DNA from: a bacterium
GTDB taxonomy: Bacteria > Hinthialibacterota > Hinthialibacteria > Hinthialibacterales > Hinthialibacteraceae
Direction: 5' to 3'
NCBI GenBank assembly: GCA_963662285.2
Contig: CAXXMV010000008.1
Location: forward strand, 704,001 to 768,000
Length of the DNA stretch: 64,000 nt
Of this stretch, positions 21,430-31,788 are shown piece after piece. A model generated the notes under the pieces. That model ran no database searches, was not told the DNA's origin, and saw only the letters and a list, made by a program, of their open reading frames with translations. The stretch's first letter is position 1, and each line of letters starts with the position of its first letter. The position numbers and the translations under genes were made by a program.

Positions 21430-23502
21430 TCAAAATTGTATAGATAAATATTTTACAGATTGAGAATAAATCCACGTGTCGTTAACAAATTTACCCCGGT
21501 CTTCTTGAGTGGATTCCCGCCCTCCAAATAAGATAAAACGTTTCCGTTTTGAATCGTAAACCAATTCCGCACCGCTTCTTGGACTGGGGCATTGTTGGGT
21601 TGGAATTTCTTGAAATGATTCTCCATCCCACTCTAACGTGCGATGTTCAACTAAATTCTTTGAATATCCAAGAGATATTGATCCTCCCCCGCCAAACAAA
21701 ACAAGAGCCTTATTCATTGGATCAAATCCATAACAGCTTCCCCACGCTGGCTCTTGATCTAGTTGATAGTTTTCGATGCGAATCCACTCTCCGCCATTCA
21801 GTTCCCATAGTTCACTTTTCCAGCCTGGATCCAAAAAACGGGCGGCAAGAGCCATCACTGCTTTGCGGGTGCTATCAAAATAAAGTCCTGAATAACCGGG
21901 AGGCCCCCCACTCGCAATCTGCGTCCAATTCTGTGCATCCCATTCATACGTGTTCGAATACTGCATAGGATTTTCCAGAGTCCCGCCTCCATGACGGATC
22001 ACTTTTTGGCGAATGGGATCATACGCCAGTCCATGTTCCTGGCCCGGTTCACCGGTGGATTCACATACGAGTTCCCAGTTTTTCCCGTCCCATTGCCAGG
22101 TATCCGAGTTTCCCTCCCACCAAGAGTGACCATCTTTGTATTTGAGGTTATAACCGCCGAAGAAGATGGAAACGCCGCGGGCCTCATCGTATACCATTTG
22201 GATGCCAGACCGGTTTGGACCGGTTGTAGAAACTAGTTTCCACTCTTCACCATCAAATTCCCAGGTATCATTTAGCGACTCGATACGGCCTGTCTCATCA
22301 TTTCTACCGCCGTGCAAGACGGCAACATCCCGCATGGAGTCATAACACATCCCCGGCCAATAACGGACCGGTGGACGTTGATGTTCTTCGATTGGAATTT
22401 CTGTCCAGGCTCTCATTGCCGGAATCGCCGCTTTTCCGCCGTAGGGGAGAATCACAACGGTTAAAGCAATGATTAGCAATATAGAAAAGAATGGCAAACG
22501 GGTTCGCAATGGACGTTGATTGTCTAATATTCGAACCAACCGCTTCTTGATCTGGGTCTGGCTATTGATCATACCGGAGGATGCCATGGCCAACGTGGGC
22601 ATTCCATTGGCGTTTAAGACAACGCCTAGAAATCCTTCACCGCAGTCAATCCGCGGTACATTCACCTCTTTCAATGCGATATCATCACAAGCATACTCCC
22701 GTTGCTGGTCGATAAGCCAATTCAGCAGCCAGACGCCGGGATGAAAGAAAAAGAGAATCTGGAATAACTTTTGAAAAAGCTGAATGAGATTATCATACCG
22801 GCGAATATGGGCGAATTCATGCATGCAAATCCATTCCAACTGATTTTCGGAAAACCGCTTTTTGACATCATTCGGGATCAGCAGCATTGGGCGGAAAAGA
22901 CCCCAGACAACCGGTGATGTAACCCAGGAACCAGTCAATAGCGGTACTTCATTATTGATTCCTGCCTGTTCTTTTAATTTGATAATATAGACAGGCAGTT
23001 CGTCTATTTCGATTAATTTTGTTGCTTTAATCAATTGATTGGTTTTTCTCTGCCTCCCCATAAAGCCTGCCAGCAGCCCCATGACAATACATCCCCAAAT
23101 CATCATTACAATTGTTTGGATATTTAGTTTCCCGGTAATCCATGATTTTTGAGCTGATGGGATTGTTTCTAACCCGGATTCAGATAGATTTCTTGTATCC
23201 AATTCACTGGAAGCCGGAACGGCCATATCTATCTCAGGAATTGGATTGAAATAGTTTACTTCCGGAGGTTTTTCTGGAAGAAGTGGATAAAAGTATCCCA
23301 CAATAGAGAATTGGCCGGGAATAACCAATTTGATCAGCACCAATAAGAACAAGCAATAGCCGAATTGGGCGGGCATTTTTTTGCGGAGCAATACCCACAG
23401 CATTCCAACAAAAAGAAGAATCACGATTGAATCCAAGGTTTGATAGAGCATAAAGGATGCCCAATATTCTCCCCATTGATTCAATAGATCATAGGAAATC
23501 AT
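21430..23502 (-). CDS. BlaR1/M56-family membrane metallopeptidase with C-terminal kelch-like propeller
   Basis: TM segments, HEFAH zinc motif, REYACD, IKKRLVRI; C-terminal YDxxR…FGG…DTWEFDG repeats. Confidence 0.9.
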   Translation of the reverse strand: MISYDLLNQWGEYWASFMLYQTLDSIVILLFVGMLWVLLRKKMPAQFGYCLFLLVLIKLVIPGQFSIVGYFYPLLPEKPPEVNYFNPIPEIDMAVPASSELDTRNLSESGLETIPSAQKSWITGKLNIQTIVMMIWGCIVMGLLAGFMGRQRKTNQLIKATKLIEIDELPVYIIKLKEQAGINNEVPLLTGSWVTSPVVWGLFRPMLLIPNDVKKRFSENQLEWICMHEFAHIRRYDNLIQLFQKLFQILFFFHPGVWLLNWLIDQQREYACDDIALKEVNVPRIDCGEGFLGVVLNANGMPTLAMASSGMINSQTQIKKRLVRILDNQRPLRTRLPFFSILLIIALTVVILPYGGKAAIPAMRAWTEIPIEEHQRPPVRYWPGMCYDSMRDVAVLHGGRNDETGRIESLNDTWEFDGEEWKLVSTTGPNRSGIQMVYDEARGVSIFFGGYNLKYKDGHSWWEGNSDTWQWDGKNWELVCESTGEPGQEHGLAYDPIRQKVIRHGGGTLENPMQYSNTYEWDAQNWTQIASGGPPGYSGLYFDSTRKAVMALAARFLDPGWKSELWELNGGEWIRIENYQLDQEPAWGSCYGFDPMNKALVLFGGGGSISLGYSKNLVEHRTLEWDGESFQEIPTQQCPSPRSGAELVYDSKRKRFILFGGRESTQEDRGKFVNDTWIYSQSVKYLSIQF

Positions 23503-23909
23503 TTGTTCTTTTCACCGTCTTTATGCCTTTTAAGAAGTGAAATCAGTTCCTCAATATCTTCTCCGGATAACTTGCTGTTCTTGACCATGTAAGAAAGAAG
23601 CGGGCCTGTTGTACCTTCCAGAGTGTTTCCCAATAGATTATCCGCTGCACTGGTCAGCGTTTTAATGGCGGAACGCGCTGGCTTGTATAGAAAACTGTTT
23701 CCAATCTGAGTCGTATTCAGAAATCCTTTATCAACAAGGCGCGCCAAAATAGTTTTTACCGTGCTAACAGACCAATTGTTGGGTTGACAAAGATCTTCAC
23801 AAATATCCCGGGCGGCGCAAGATTTCTTTTCCCAAACTGTTCTCATCACTTTCCACTCCGTCTGCGTTAATGGATCAACGGGTTTTCTTGCCATGGTTCT
23901 CCTTTCCAT
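23499..23909 (-). CDS. BlaI/MecI/CopY-family repressor
   Basis: LTQTEWKVMRTVW…STVKTILARLVDKGFL; 4-bp overlap with the M56 gene. Confidence 0.93.
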   Translation of the reverse strand: MERRTMARKPVDPLTQTEWKVMRTVWEKKSCAARDICEDLCQPNNWSVSTVKTILARLVDKGFLNTTQIGNSFLYKPARSAIKTLTSAADNLLGNTLEGTTGPLLSYMVKNSKLSGEDIEELISLLKRHKDGEKNK

Positions 23910-23926
23910 ACGTGGATATGCATATC

Positions 23927-23961
23927 ATCTACAATATTAGATAAACACAATGTTATGTCAA
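23927..23961 (-). promoter_or_regulatory. Putative sigma70 promoter with overlapping BlaI-type operator
   Basis: TTGACA (23961-23956), 16 bp, TAATAT. Inverted repeat ATCTA-N6-TAGAT (23927-23942) contains TACA and resembles BlaI/CopY boxes. Confidence 0.5.
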
Positions 23962-24191
23962 TAGGGAATTTCATAATCCAGGAAATAGATGAACTTCTGA
24001 TAATCTTGTATTATTAAGAACCGAAAGAGCGTTTGAGTGTAGCATTAGGCCCGATTTAAGCCTTATTTATTATGTTTGAACGAATAATTGTTGTATTTTT
24101 GCTGTATCCCGAAATGTTGTGATTTGCAACCCACTCAAAATATTTGATTTATAGATCAAAGTACACGTTTGCAAAATAAGTGTACCCAAAT

Positions 24192-24400
24192 CATTTCAGA
24201 TTAGAGATAGCTTTTTTATAACTCCCTGCCTAAAATTGTTGGTGTTACTGACGGGGACTTCTGCTTTTTCTCAAATGACCGCATTTTCCTAACACAGAAA
24301 GACGTCTTTTTTACTCTGAAGATTCCAAAGCCGCGTATTTCAATTCGTCCGTCGCTTGCCAGGAGGTCAACAAATGTTTCGAGAATACATTCGGTCTGTA
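24192..24400 (-). pseudogene. HU/IHF-family DNA-binding protein remnant
   Basis: Manual translation ILETFVDLLASDGRIEIRGFGIFRVKK, then frameshifted EKAEVP and GREL segments; no intact start. Confidence 0.6.
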
Positions 24401-24576
24401 TTTATATCCCAACAAGAGAAAATGAAAATGCCCTGAAAAGTCACTGTGCAAACGTATCCCGAGTAAATACAGATATTTCTGCTTTCAGGTGACAAATCCT
24501 GATCTCTTGACTGGTTTACACAACTCTGTGAGTATGTAAAAACTCTTGTCGAATTATCTAACACAGCCCATACGAA

Positions 24577-25113
24577 TCAATAGAGATCATCAAGCATGGC
24601 TTCATACGTCTGACGTTCTTGATGCTTTTTGATATCCGTCCAATGTTTGAATTTACGTTTCTCCGGCGGAGTGCGGAAATGTTTATCTTCCTCGCTGTAC
24701 AACCAGTCACCTATCCATTTCCCTAAATTGGACGAGAAACGAGTGACTACATTCCGGGATTTACGCTCCTGGCCAACCATGCGGGAATTCTCCGCAGCAG
24801 AAGTGAAAACTGTTCGATCGATTATTTCCGCCCATGAAATCGCGCCCGAGACAAGAAAAGCTGCGGTCGAAATACGTCCTGCCCACTTGACTGTGTTAAA
24901 CGCCTTCATCGGGATGCGAGAGAGTTTGTTCATTTCAATTCCCGTCAATCCCATGTATTTCCATATTTTGGGAGTGATATTTAACCACCAACCCATCCGG
25001 CTGGTTCCAGCAATATAAGAGAGATATTCAAGATAGCCTGTGACTTTTTTAGGCCAACGAAGCCACCACAAATGCTTAGAATACGATGAACGCAGGCTGA
25101 AAATCGGGAATAC
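24577..25113 (-). CDS. In-frame continuation of the RHS protein (C-terminal tip) past a single TGA
   Basis: Same frame as 25114..31761: DDIG*VFPIFSLRSSYSKHLWWLRWPKK…, open to 24577. Confidence 0.6.
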   Translation of the reverse strand, partial: VFPIFSLRSSYSKHLWWLRWPKKVTGYLEYLSYIAGTSRMGWWLNITPKIWKYMGLTGIEMNKLSRIPMKAFNTVKWAGRISTAAFLVSGAISWAEIIDRTVFTSAAENSRMVGQERKSRNVVTRFSSNLGKWIGDWLYSEEDKHFRTPPEKRKFKHWTDIKKHQERQTYEAMLDDLY

Positions 25114-28100
25114 TCAACCAATATCATCCATCATCATCGCACCACCAACCAGGACGCCGGCGACGAGTGTTGTAACATCACCGACGAATAAGCCCGACGG
25201 ATCTGAAAAACAAACCGGATTATGCTGCGCATACGCGTAAGGATTGATCTCCAGCGGATTTTCCGGACTGGGCCAGGCCGGATCACGGCTGAGAAAACAG
25301 CTGTATTCCGCGTCGTAATAACGGGCTTGCATCTGAAACAAATTTCCGTTGCCGCCCTCCTCCCGAACACCGTGACGACCCACAAATGTGAAAGGCTGAG
25401 TTGAGTTCCCTTCATGTGCGAGACGTTTCCCATAAGGCGTATACGAATAGGCGTCAGTGATCTGTCCGGCCTGATCGGTCAGCGCCAAAGTCGAACCAAG
25501 CCTGTCGAAATGGAAGAAGAAAACCTTATTGCCATTTGCTGAGTCAATCATGTAAAGGAGTTCGCCAGTCGGGCTCCAGACATAATATCGAACAAATGTT
25601 TCATTCTCCACATCGCGTTCACCGACGATGGGTGTATGGATAATGCCATAATTATAGTAATATTCCAAAGTTTGACCGTCTTCGGTACGCGAGATTAAAT
25701 TATCCATACCATTGTATTGCAAGGAAACATCGTCGATCGTAATAAGACGCGAGGCTTCATCCCACGAATACGCTCGCGAGGAGGATTTTGTCTGACGGCC
25801 TTGCGCATCATAGACAAAATTCGGTGATGCGATTTGGCTGGCGTTGTCGAATAGCAGAGAATTCGTCGCTAACGATAGATAATCTTCAGGGGAGAGCGGA
25901 GTCTGCATATCCACTTGTGTAATTTCGCCAGCGGTATTGAGCGTGTAGCGGAGATCGGCGAAATCTCCTTCCATGATTCCAGTTAGACGGTTCGCATCAT
26001 CCCACGCAAAATCAGTACTGACGCCGTTGGAGCGCACCAAGCCGGTCAGTCGTTCGTCGCTATCATAAACGAATTGAACTTTGGCGTTGGTGAGGTTATC
26101 CGACACCATTTCCAGAAGACCGGTTGTATCATTGTATGTATAGGAGATTATGACTGCACCGTTGTTGTAGGCAACTGTTTGCAACCTACTATTGTCATTA
26201 TAGGTCGCGTCGAAATTCAATCCATTCTGTTTGGTGTTCGTGATTTTTCCTTCAGCGTCATATTCGAATGCAATCTCATTGGCATCAGTGAGTCTATTGA
26301 GCGCATCATATTGAAAATCGAGTTGCAAACCACCGGAGTAGGATTTCTGTATCATGTTTCCTGCAGGATCAAATTGATGTTTCATCAATTGGCCATCGGG
26401 ATACATCACTTGGGAAAGTCGGCCGCATGAATCGTAGGAATAGTGGATAGTTTGGCTCAAGGGATCGGTTTGTGAAAGCAAGTTGCCCATCGGACTGTAC
26501 TGAAAGGCCCAAAGGCGGCCATTCATATCTTCCATACCAGTGACGTTACCCAATGCATCCCGCTGATACTTCACCGAGCCTATCCCGGCTTTGGTGATCT
26601 CGATAAGATCACTGCGACTATCATAGACCATCTCCATCGACCGCCCGAGTGGATCGGTAATCCGGGTGATACGGTTCATCGCGTCCCAAGTGAATGCCAT
26701 ATTGTTACCTAAAGGATCAGTAACTGCTTTAACCAGTCCGAAAGCGTCGCTTTTGAAGGTCGTTCTGCGACCTTCTGGAGTACTTTGGTTTGTAGGAATC
26801 GTTTCGTCATCATTCTCCATCGACCAGGTTTTTCCACCCTTCTGGACTGAGGCGATCGAACTGTGCTGATCGTAACCGTACTGGGTAACATTTCCGCCAG
26901 CATCCTGGGTTTTTGCAAGACGACCCATCGAATCAAAAGAAAAGGTGGTACTCTTCCCTAATCGGTTGGTTTCCACTATCCGTTGATCCATGTCGTTATA
27001 GCCATAGATTTGAGTATTACCGAGTGGATCGGTGATTCTTAAGAGATTGTCATTGGCATCATAGGTTAGTATTTGCATATGGCCATTTTCATCTGTATGG
27101 TTGATGACATTGTCATTCTCATCGTAAATTGTTTTTGAAGCGGCGCCATCTGGATTAGTGACCTGAATTACTCGTCCAAATGGATCATATTGATAGGTTG
27201 TTGTACCAATATCGGAATTGGTGGTGCTAATGAGATTTCCTTCATTGGTATAAGTATTGAGTAAAACGCCCCCAGCCGGATTGATTTGGGATAGCATCTG
27301 TCCATGTGCGTTATACGTGTACTGCCATTCGAATTGAGCCTGATCGATTTTGGAGAGAAGATTGCCTTTGCCATCATATGAATAGAGTTCCTTCGTACCG
27401 TCTGGGAACGCTTTTGAGGATGGTGGATAAAAGGAAAAAGTAACCGATCCGAATGCTTGTTCTTGCTTTAGGTAAGTCAGCCTGGTTGAATCTCCCCGTA
27501 CGTTTGTTACACCGGCAATCTGACCGGAAGCCTCATGATATTGAACACCGCTGGCGGCGCCCAGACGGTCGGTAACCTGGGTTCGGCGGTTGTTTTGATC
27601 GTATTGGACATTGACTTTTGCCCCAGTGGAGTCCGTGGTTCCGGTGAGGTTTTGCTGATTGGCGTGGGTATGGATTTCCGTGGAACCGTCCGGATAGGAA
27701 ATGAGCGTATCACCAGAATTCCCGTTGGCTTCGAAATTCAGTTCGGTAACATTTCCATCTCCATCCAATTGTTTATATACATGGCCTTTTTCATCATAGA
27801 ACTGAGTGGTGTGACAGTTCCCTTTCGGATATATCGCCTGGGTAATAAGTCCAATATACTTGTTATTTTCATCGTAGGAAAAGCGGGTGACGTGATCCAT
27901 AGGATCGGTAAGGGATGTAAGCCGGGCTTCATCATGGGTGAATGTCCAGGTCCTCCCCCTTCCATCATGGATCGAGGAAAGACGATTGTCGTCTCCGTAC
28001 GTATACTGGAGGGTGCGTCCCAAACCATCCTCGACTGAAAGCAGAAAGCCATCCGTATCGTAGGTGAGAGTATGAGCGTTTCCGTTCCGGTCTTCCAGAC

Positions 28101-31100
28101 GTTCCAGGCGGCGGTCGGCGTTAAAAGTATAAACCAGGTTTTTGCTTGGATCCAACATGTAAAATTTGCCATCCGGTCCGGTTTTAAGTTCGTAAGGAAT
28201 CTCTTCGTTGTTCTCCAGATTCCATCGCACGCTATCATGCTTGAATGTGATAACTCGACCGAGATCGTAAATGATCTTGGTGGTAGTATCCCCCTTATAG
28301 AGTCGAATGATCTGGTAATTGTGCAGCCAGTTCACCCCCGTAATATGGCCAAACGCGAGATCTACGTCGTGTTTTCTCGAAACAGCGCTTCCATAATAGA
28401 GACTGGCAGAAAGCGGGAGTGGCCCCCCAAGATCGAAGAGGGGTATCTCAAAATAGTATTCACCTGTTGCTGTATTTACAGGATCTTTCAAACGCCCGTG
28501 GTTCTTATTATTCGATGGAGGCGTTTCCTTGAAATGGGCGATGAATTTCCTGGTTTCGCCCGGTTCCCAGTCGACTGTGATCGTGACGGGATTCTTGGCG
28601 CCCACGCCCGAACTTCCCGAGAATTTATTGAACACATAACCGGGATTGGCGGAGGCCATCAGCATTACCGTATCGCCTGGCGAATAGCAGTCTTTAGCGG
28701 GATTGAGTGCGGCCACGCCCGCCTCAGATGGTTCGGAGGAAATCTCAATCATGCATCCTTTTTTGCGGATAGACCCAAAAACAGTGACGCCATCCAGGAC
28801 GATCGATTCACCGGCGACCTCAACCTGTTCCGGTGAAATGCCCGCTCCATAGGTGACGCAGGACGGATCGTCCATTTGGATCGTGTACTGGAGCAGGTAA
28901 CAGCGGCTTTCACCGGGCTGCAGTATCTCGCCAAGGTTGCTGAAAATCATCTTGTCCTTGCCCGGAGACTGCCCGAGAATCTTTCCCGCCTTCCCGCTGC
29001 ATTCTTCATCGCTGACGAGTGACGTCATGCTGATATCGGAGGGATTTCCCGTACCTTTGAAATCGAACTGCATCGAATTTACCGTACAGGGAGAATCCGC
29101 CTTCTTGTCCAAGATTAGTTGGACATGCAGGACCGATACAGTCTCCTCCTCGGCGGGAGCAACAGCGATCTCCTTCTCGATGGGATTGGATGAACCGGGA
29201 GCGAGACGCAGGGTTGTCGGGCCAATGAGGGGCAGAGGATCATAAACGTAGAGTTCTCCGTCAATAATACTTTCGTAGGGAGTGTCGCCGATCAGATCGC
29301 CGTCCTCATCCTCCCCGTCGTAATCGTTCCAATAATTCCCTCCTAGCGAAGGACCGCCTACTATGTTTTTCCCTTCCTTCTTAGGAACGTTCCAGTCGAT
29401 GCCGATGTCGTAGCCGCGTGCGTTTTCCGTCCATTCATTCGCACTGGCAAAAATGTTATTGAATACTATTACATCATTTCCTTTCACTGAGAGGCTTAAC
29501 CGCTTGTTGTCCAGGAACTGGTTGTCTTGGATGGTGGAATTCTGGAAATTTTCCAGCCAAACGCTGATTTCATCATTCCTCTGCGCCTTATTATCCCGGA
29601 TTGTGAATTCGTCCCCTTCTTTGACATAAAGCAGGCTGTTCGAATCGATACTTTGGTTGTTCACAATCTGGGCGTTTTTACCATTTTCGATCGAGATTCC
29701 GTAATCGCCGTTGTTGATGAATTCATTATTGGCGATGAAAAGATCTTCAACATTCAGAAGAAAGAATCCCGCAGTATTGTCATGGATAGTGTTTTGATCG
29801 ATCTTGATATGAAGGCCGTTGTCTATATAGGAGGCTTTCTTATTCTCGGTAAACTTGTTGTACTGAAGAAGAAGCGTGTTGACGAGTTCTTCGCCTTCCT
29901 GCCACGTATTTCCGCTCCAGAGATAACTTTGGGATGAATCTCCGCTCTCCACCGCGCGCACCGTGTTGGTGATAGTGTTGTTCTTGATGCGGACATCGTT
30001 TCCGACGAGTGAGATTCCTTTGGCCATGTTAACGTTCCAACCGATGGTCTGATAACCAGTGGCCATACCATCAATATGGTTGAATTGAATATCGCTATTG
30101 ACCAAATTGATGCATTCGAGCAAGTAGGGGAACGAGGGAGTAAAAATATCCATAGGTGGATTCATCGAGTCGAAGCGAAGCGTATTGTTTTCTATCATCA
30201 GGCTGTCACAGCCGGTGATGCGCGCCCACCCATACGCGTTACTGGTAAAATAGTTACCCGCTAGGATCAGGTGGGAAGAATTTTCTGCATTGACGGAAAG
30301 ATCGTAACTCTGGGGAATAAACTCTTCCTCAAAGGAAAACGTGCTATCGCGAATTTCGATTTGAGAGGCATAACTTAGAAAGATTTTTGAATCCGTGAAC
30401 CAACAATCTTTGAGCACTGCACCGTCAACCGGATAATCCACGCCGTCTCCGATGAGATTCAAAGCCGCGCTCTTGTAATCCCGCGAGTCGCTGAAACGCA
30501 AACGGGCGGCGGATTCCGCCGTGACGCCGGTTAATTTCCTTCGGACGGTAACGTAACAATTTTCGAAATTGGTGTCTTCCGTTTTCAGGTTGTAAACGTC
30601 TATCTCCGCATCATGGATTTTTAACTGATCGCCTCGAAGGACAAGAGTACAGCCTGGGTATCCATAGATGATTCCTTCATAATTACCCGTAAACGTTGTG
30701 AGTTCGCCAGCATCCTCGTAAAGATTAAGAACGCACTGAAGAGTACAATCATTGATTTTTACTGCGGAGGCGTTATTGATATTGATTTGGTTCTCTCGAT
30801 AACCATCAGAGGGAAGGTGGCCAGGTTTGTAAGTCATCGAAACTTGGTTGAACTCAATCGGAGAATCGCTTGTGCAGTCGAAGGTATAAGCACAACTCTC
30901 ATTGATCGCTGCAGGCGTATTCTCCAAAAGTAAATCACAATGATCGAATTCGGCGGATTGAGCAGATAAATTCTTGGCGTTCTTGCAACGTAAGGAAACG
31001 TTGGCAATCGATGCACCATCAATATCAAGGCTTGATCCTTCTGCAAAACTAATGATGGGACATTCCATTATATCGAGATATTCCTCAAGAAAATTCAACT

Positions 31101-31734
31101 TGACATTGTTGCCTAGATGGAGAGTAGAATTTGAAACGGATAGCGAAGATAAAATAGTGATATTTCCATTTAAGGCTAAAGTACCTCCATCGGAAATATA
31201 GATTTCACCTTCTTGCACTTTGACGCCATCCATGATTGACAAATTACCACCTTGTTCAATATTTAGAAAACTCACATTGTATTCGCCAACACTCCAAAGG
31301 CGACTCCAGGTCAAAAGTCCATAGGTAGCGCGGACCCATCTACCATCCGGAGTACTTACCATTTGGACGTTTGTCGACGTCGAACTCATCAGTACTCCCA
31401 CTTCAATCTGTATCCCATCAACTTCCTGCGATTCAAAACGGTACCACTCGAGTTTGTACGTGATCGATTCGGAAATATCCGGCAAATCCGCATCAAGATA
31501 CGACTTATCAGCCGGATTGGCGGATTCAAAAATCTGTTGGCCGTTTCGATATAGAATCCATTTTTCAAATTTGGGATCAGCGCTTTCCTCCCACGTCAAG
31601 TATGATTGCTGGTTGTCGGTGTATTCGATTTTGAGATTCGAGGCGGACGAGGATTGCATGAATCCCCAAAAAAGAATAAATAAACATGTAAAATGACATA
31701 TGACGTATTTTTTCCATTTCTTCTGTTTTGGCAT
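25114..31734 (-). CDS. Secreted RHS/YD-repeat protein with N-terminal parallel beta-helix (NosD/CASH-like)
   Basis: Signal peptide from MPKQ; beta-helix repeats and GGNYWNDY…GDTPY; DPVNTATGEY (DUF6531-like); YD repeats; RHS core DRLGST…YTPYG…ARYYD…FLSRDP…YAYAQHNPVCFSDPSGL. Confidence 0.92.
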   Translation of the reverse strand: MPKQKKWKKYVICHFTCLFILFWGFMQSSSASNLKIEYTDNQQSYLTWEESADPKFEKWILYRNGQQIFESANPADKSYLDADLPDISESITYKLEWYRFESQEVDGIQIEVGVLMSSTSTNVQMVSTPDGRWVRATYGLLTWSRLWSVGEYNVSFLNIEQGGNLSIMDGVKVQEGEIYISDGGTLALNGNITILSSLSVSNSTLHLGNNVKLNFLEEYLDIMECPIISFAEGSSLDIDGASIANVSLRCKNAKNLSAQSAEFDHCDLLLENTPAAINESCAYTFDCTSDSPIEFNQVSMTYKPGHLPSDGYRENQININNASAVKINDCTLQCVLNLYEDAGELTTFTGNYEGIIYGYPGCTLVLRGDQLKIHDAEIDVYNLKTEDTNFENCYVTVRRKLTGVTAESAARLRFSDSRDYKSAALNLIGDGVDYPVDGAVLKDCWFTDSKIFLSYASQIEIRDSTFSFEEEFIPQSYDLSVNAENSSHLILAGNYFTSNAYGWARITGCDSLMIENNTLRFDSMNPPMDIFTPSFPYLLECINLVNSDIQFNHIDGMATGYQTIGWNVNMAKGISLVGNDVRIKNNTITNTVRAVESGDSSQSYLWSGNTWQEGEELVNTLLLQYNKFTENKKASYIDNGLHIKIDQNTIHDNTAGFFLLNVEDLFIANNEFINNGDYGISIENGKNAQIVNNQSIDSNSLLYVKEGDEFTIRDNKAQRNDEISVWLENFQNSTIQDNQFLDNKRLSLSVKGNDVIVFNNIFASANEWTENARGYDIGIDWNVPKKEGKNIVGGPSLGGNYWNDYDGEDEDGDLIGDTPYESIIDGELYVYDPLPLIGPTTLRLAPGSSNPIEKEIAVAPAEEETVSVLHVQLILDKKADSPCTVNSMQFDFKGTGNPSDISMTSLVSDEECSGKAGKILGQSPGKDKMIFSNLGEILQPGESRCYLLQYTIQMDDPSCVTYGAGISPEQVEVAGESIVLDGVTVFGSIRKKGCMIEISSEPSEAGVAALNPAKDCYSPGDTVMLMASANPGYVFNKFSGSSGVGAKNPVTITVDWEPGETRKFIAHFKETPPSNNKNHGRLKDPVNTATGEYYFEIPLFDLGGPLPLSASLYYGSAVSRKHDVDLAFGHITGVNWLHNYQIIRLYKGDTTTKIIYDLGRVITFKHDSVRWNLENNEEIPYELKTGPDGKFYMLDPSKNLVYTFNADRRLERLEDRNGNAHTLTYDTDGFLLSVEDGLGRTLQYTYGDDNRLSSIHDGRGRTWTFTHDEARLTSLTDPMDHVTRFSYDENNKYIGLITQAIYPKGNCHTTQFYDEKGHVYKQLDGDGNVTELNFEANGNSGDTLISYPDGSTEIHTHANQQNLTGTTDSTGAKVNVQYDQNNRRTQVTDRLGAASGVQYHEASGQIAGVTNVRGDSTRLTYLKQEQAFGSVTFSFYPPSSKAFPDGTKELYSYDGKGNLLSKIDQAQFEWQYTYNAHGQMLSQINPAGGVLLNTYTNEGNLISTTNSDIGTTTYQYDPFGRVIQVTNPDGAASKTIYDENDNVINHTDENGHMQILTYDANDNLLRITDPLGNTQIYGYNDMDQRIVETNRLGKSTTFSFDSMGRLAKTQDAGGNVTQYGYDQHSSIASVQKGGKTWSMENDDETIPTNQSTPEGRRTTFKSDAFGLVKAVTDPLGNNMAFTWDAMNRITRITDPLGRSMEMVYDSRSDLIEITKAGIGSVKYQRDALGNVTGMEDMNGRLWAFQYSPMGNLLSQTDPLSQTIHYSYDSCGRLSQVMYPDGQLMKHQFDPAGNMIQKSYSGGLQLDFQYDALNRLTDANEIAFEYDAEGKITNTKQNGLNFDATYNDNSRLQTVAYNNGAVIISYTYNDTTGLLEMVSDNLTNAKVQFVYDSDERLTGLVRSNGVSTDFAWDDANRLTGIMEGDFADLRYTLNTAGEITQVDMQTPLSPEDYLSLATNSLLFDNASQIASPNFVYDAQGRQTKSSSRAYSWDEASRLITIDDVSLQYNGMDNLISRTEDGQTLEYYYNYGIIHTPIVGERDVENETFVRYYVWSPTGELLYMIDSANGNKVFFFHFDRLGSTLALTDQAGQITDAYSYTPYGKRLAHEGNSTQPFTFVGRHGVREEGGNGNLFQMQARYYDAEYSCFLSRDPAWPSPENPLEINPYAYAQHNPVCFSDPSGLFVGDVTTLVAGVLVGGAMMMDDIG

Positions 31735-31788
31735 GATATTTCTCTCCCCGTGATCTGGCAAAAAATGTTGTCAGGCGGCTATGCAGGA

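Noticed and set aside
21430-23909. Beta-lactam resistance locus
   Set aside because: No penicillin-binding sensor domain and no beta-lactamase or PBP nearby.
24367-24564. Immunity gene for the RHS tip
   Set aside because: 65-aa ORF with a GTG start, no clear RBS and no recognisable features; it overlaps the HU relic.
27535-28836. Plus-strand ORFs of 167 and 254 aa inside the RHS gene
   Set aside because: Antisense shadows with no recognisable motifs.
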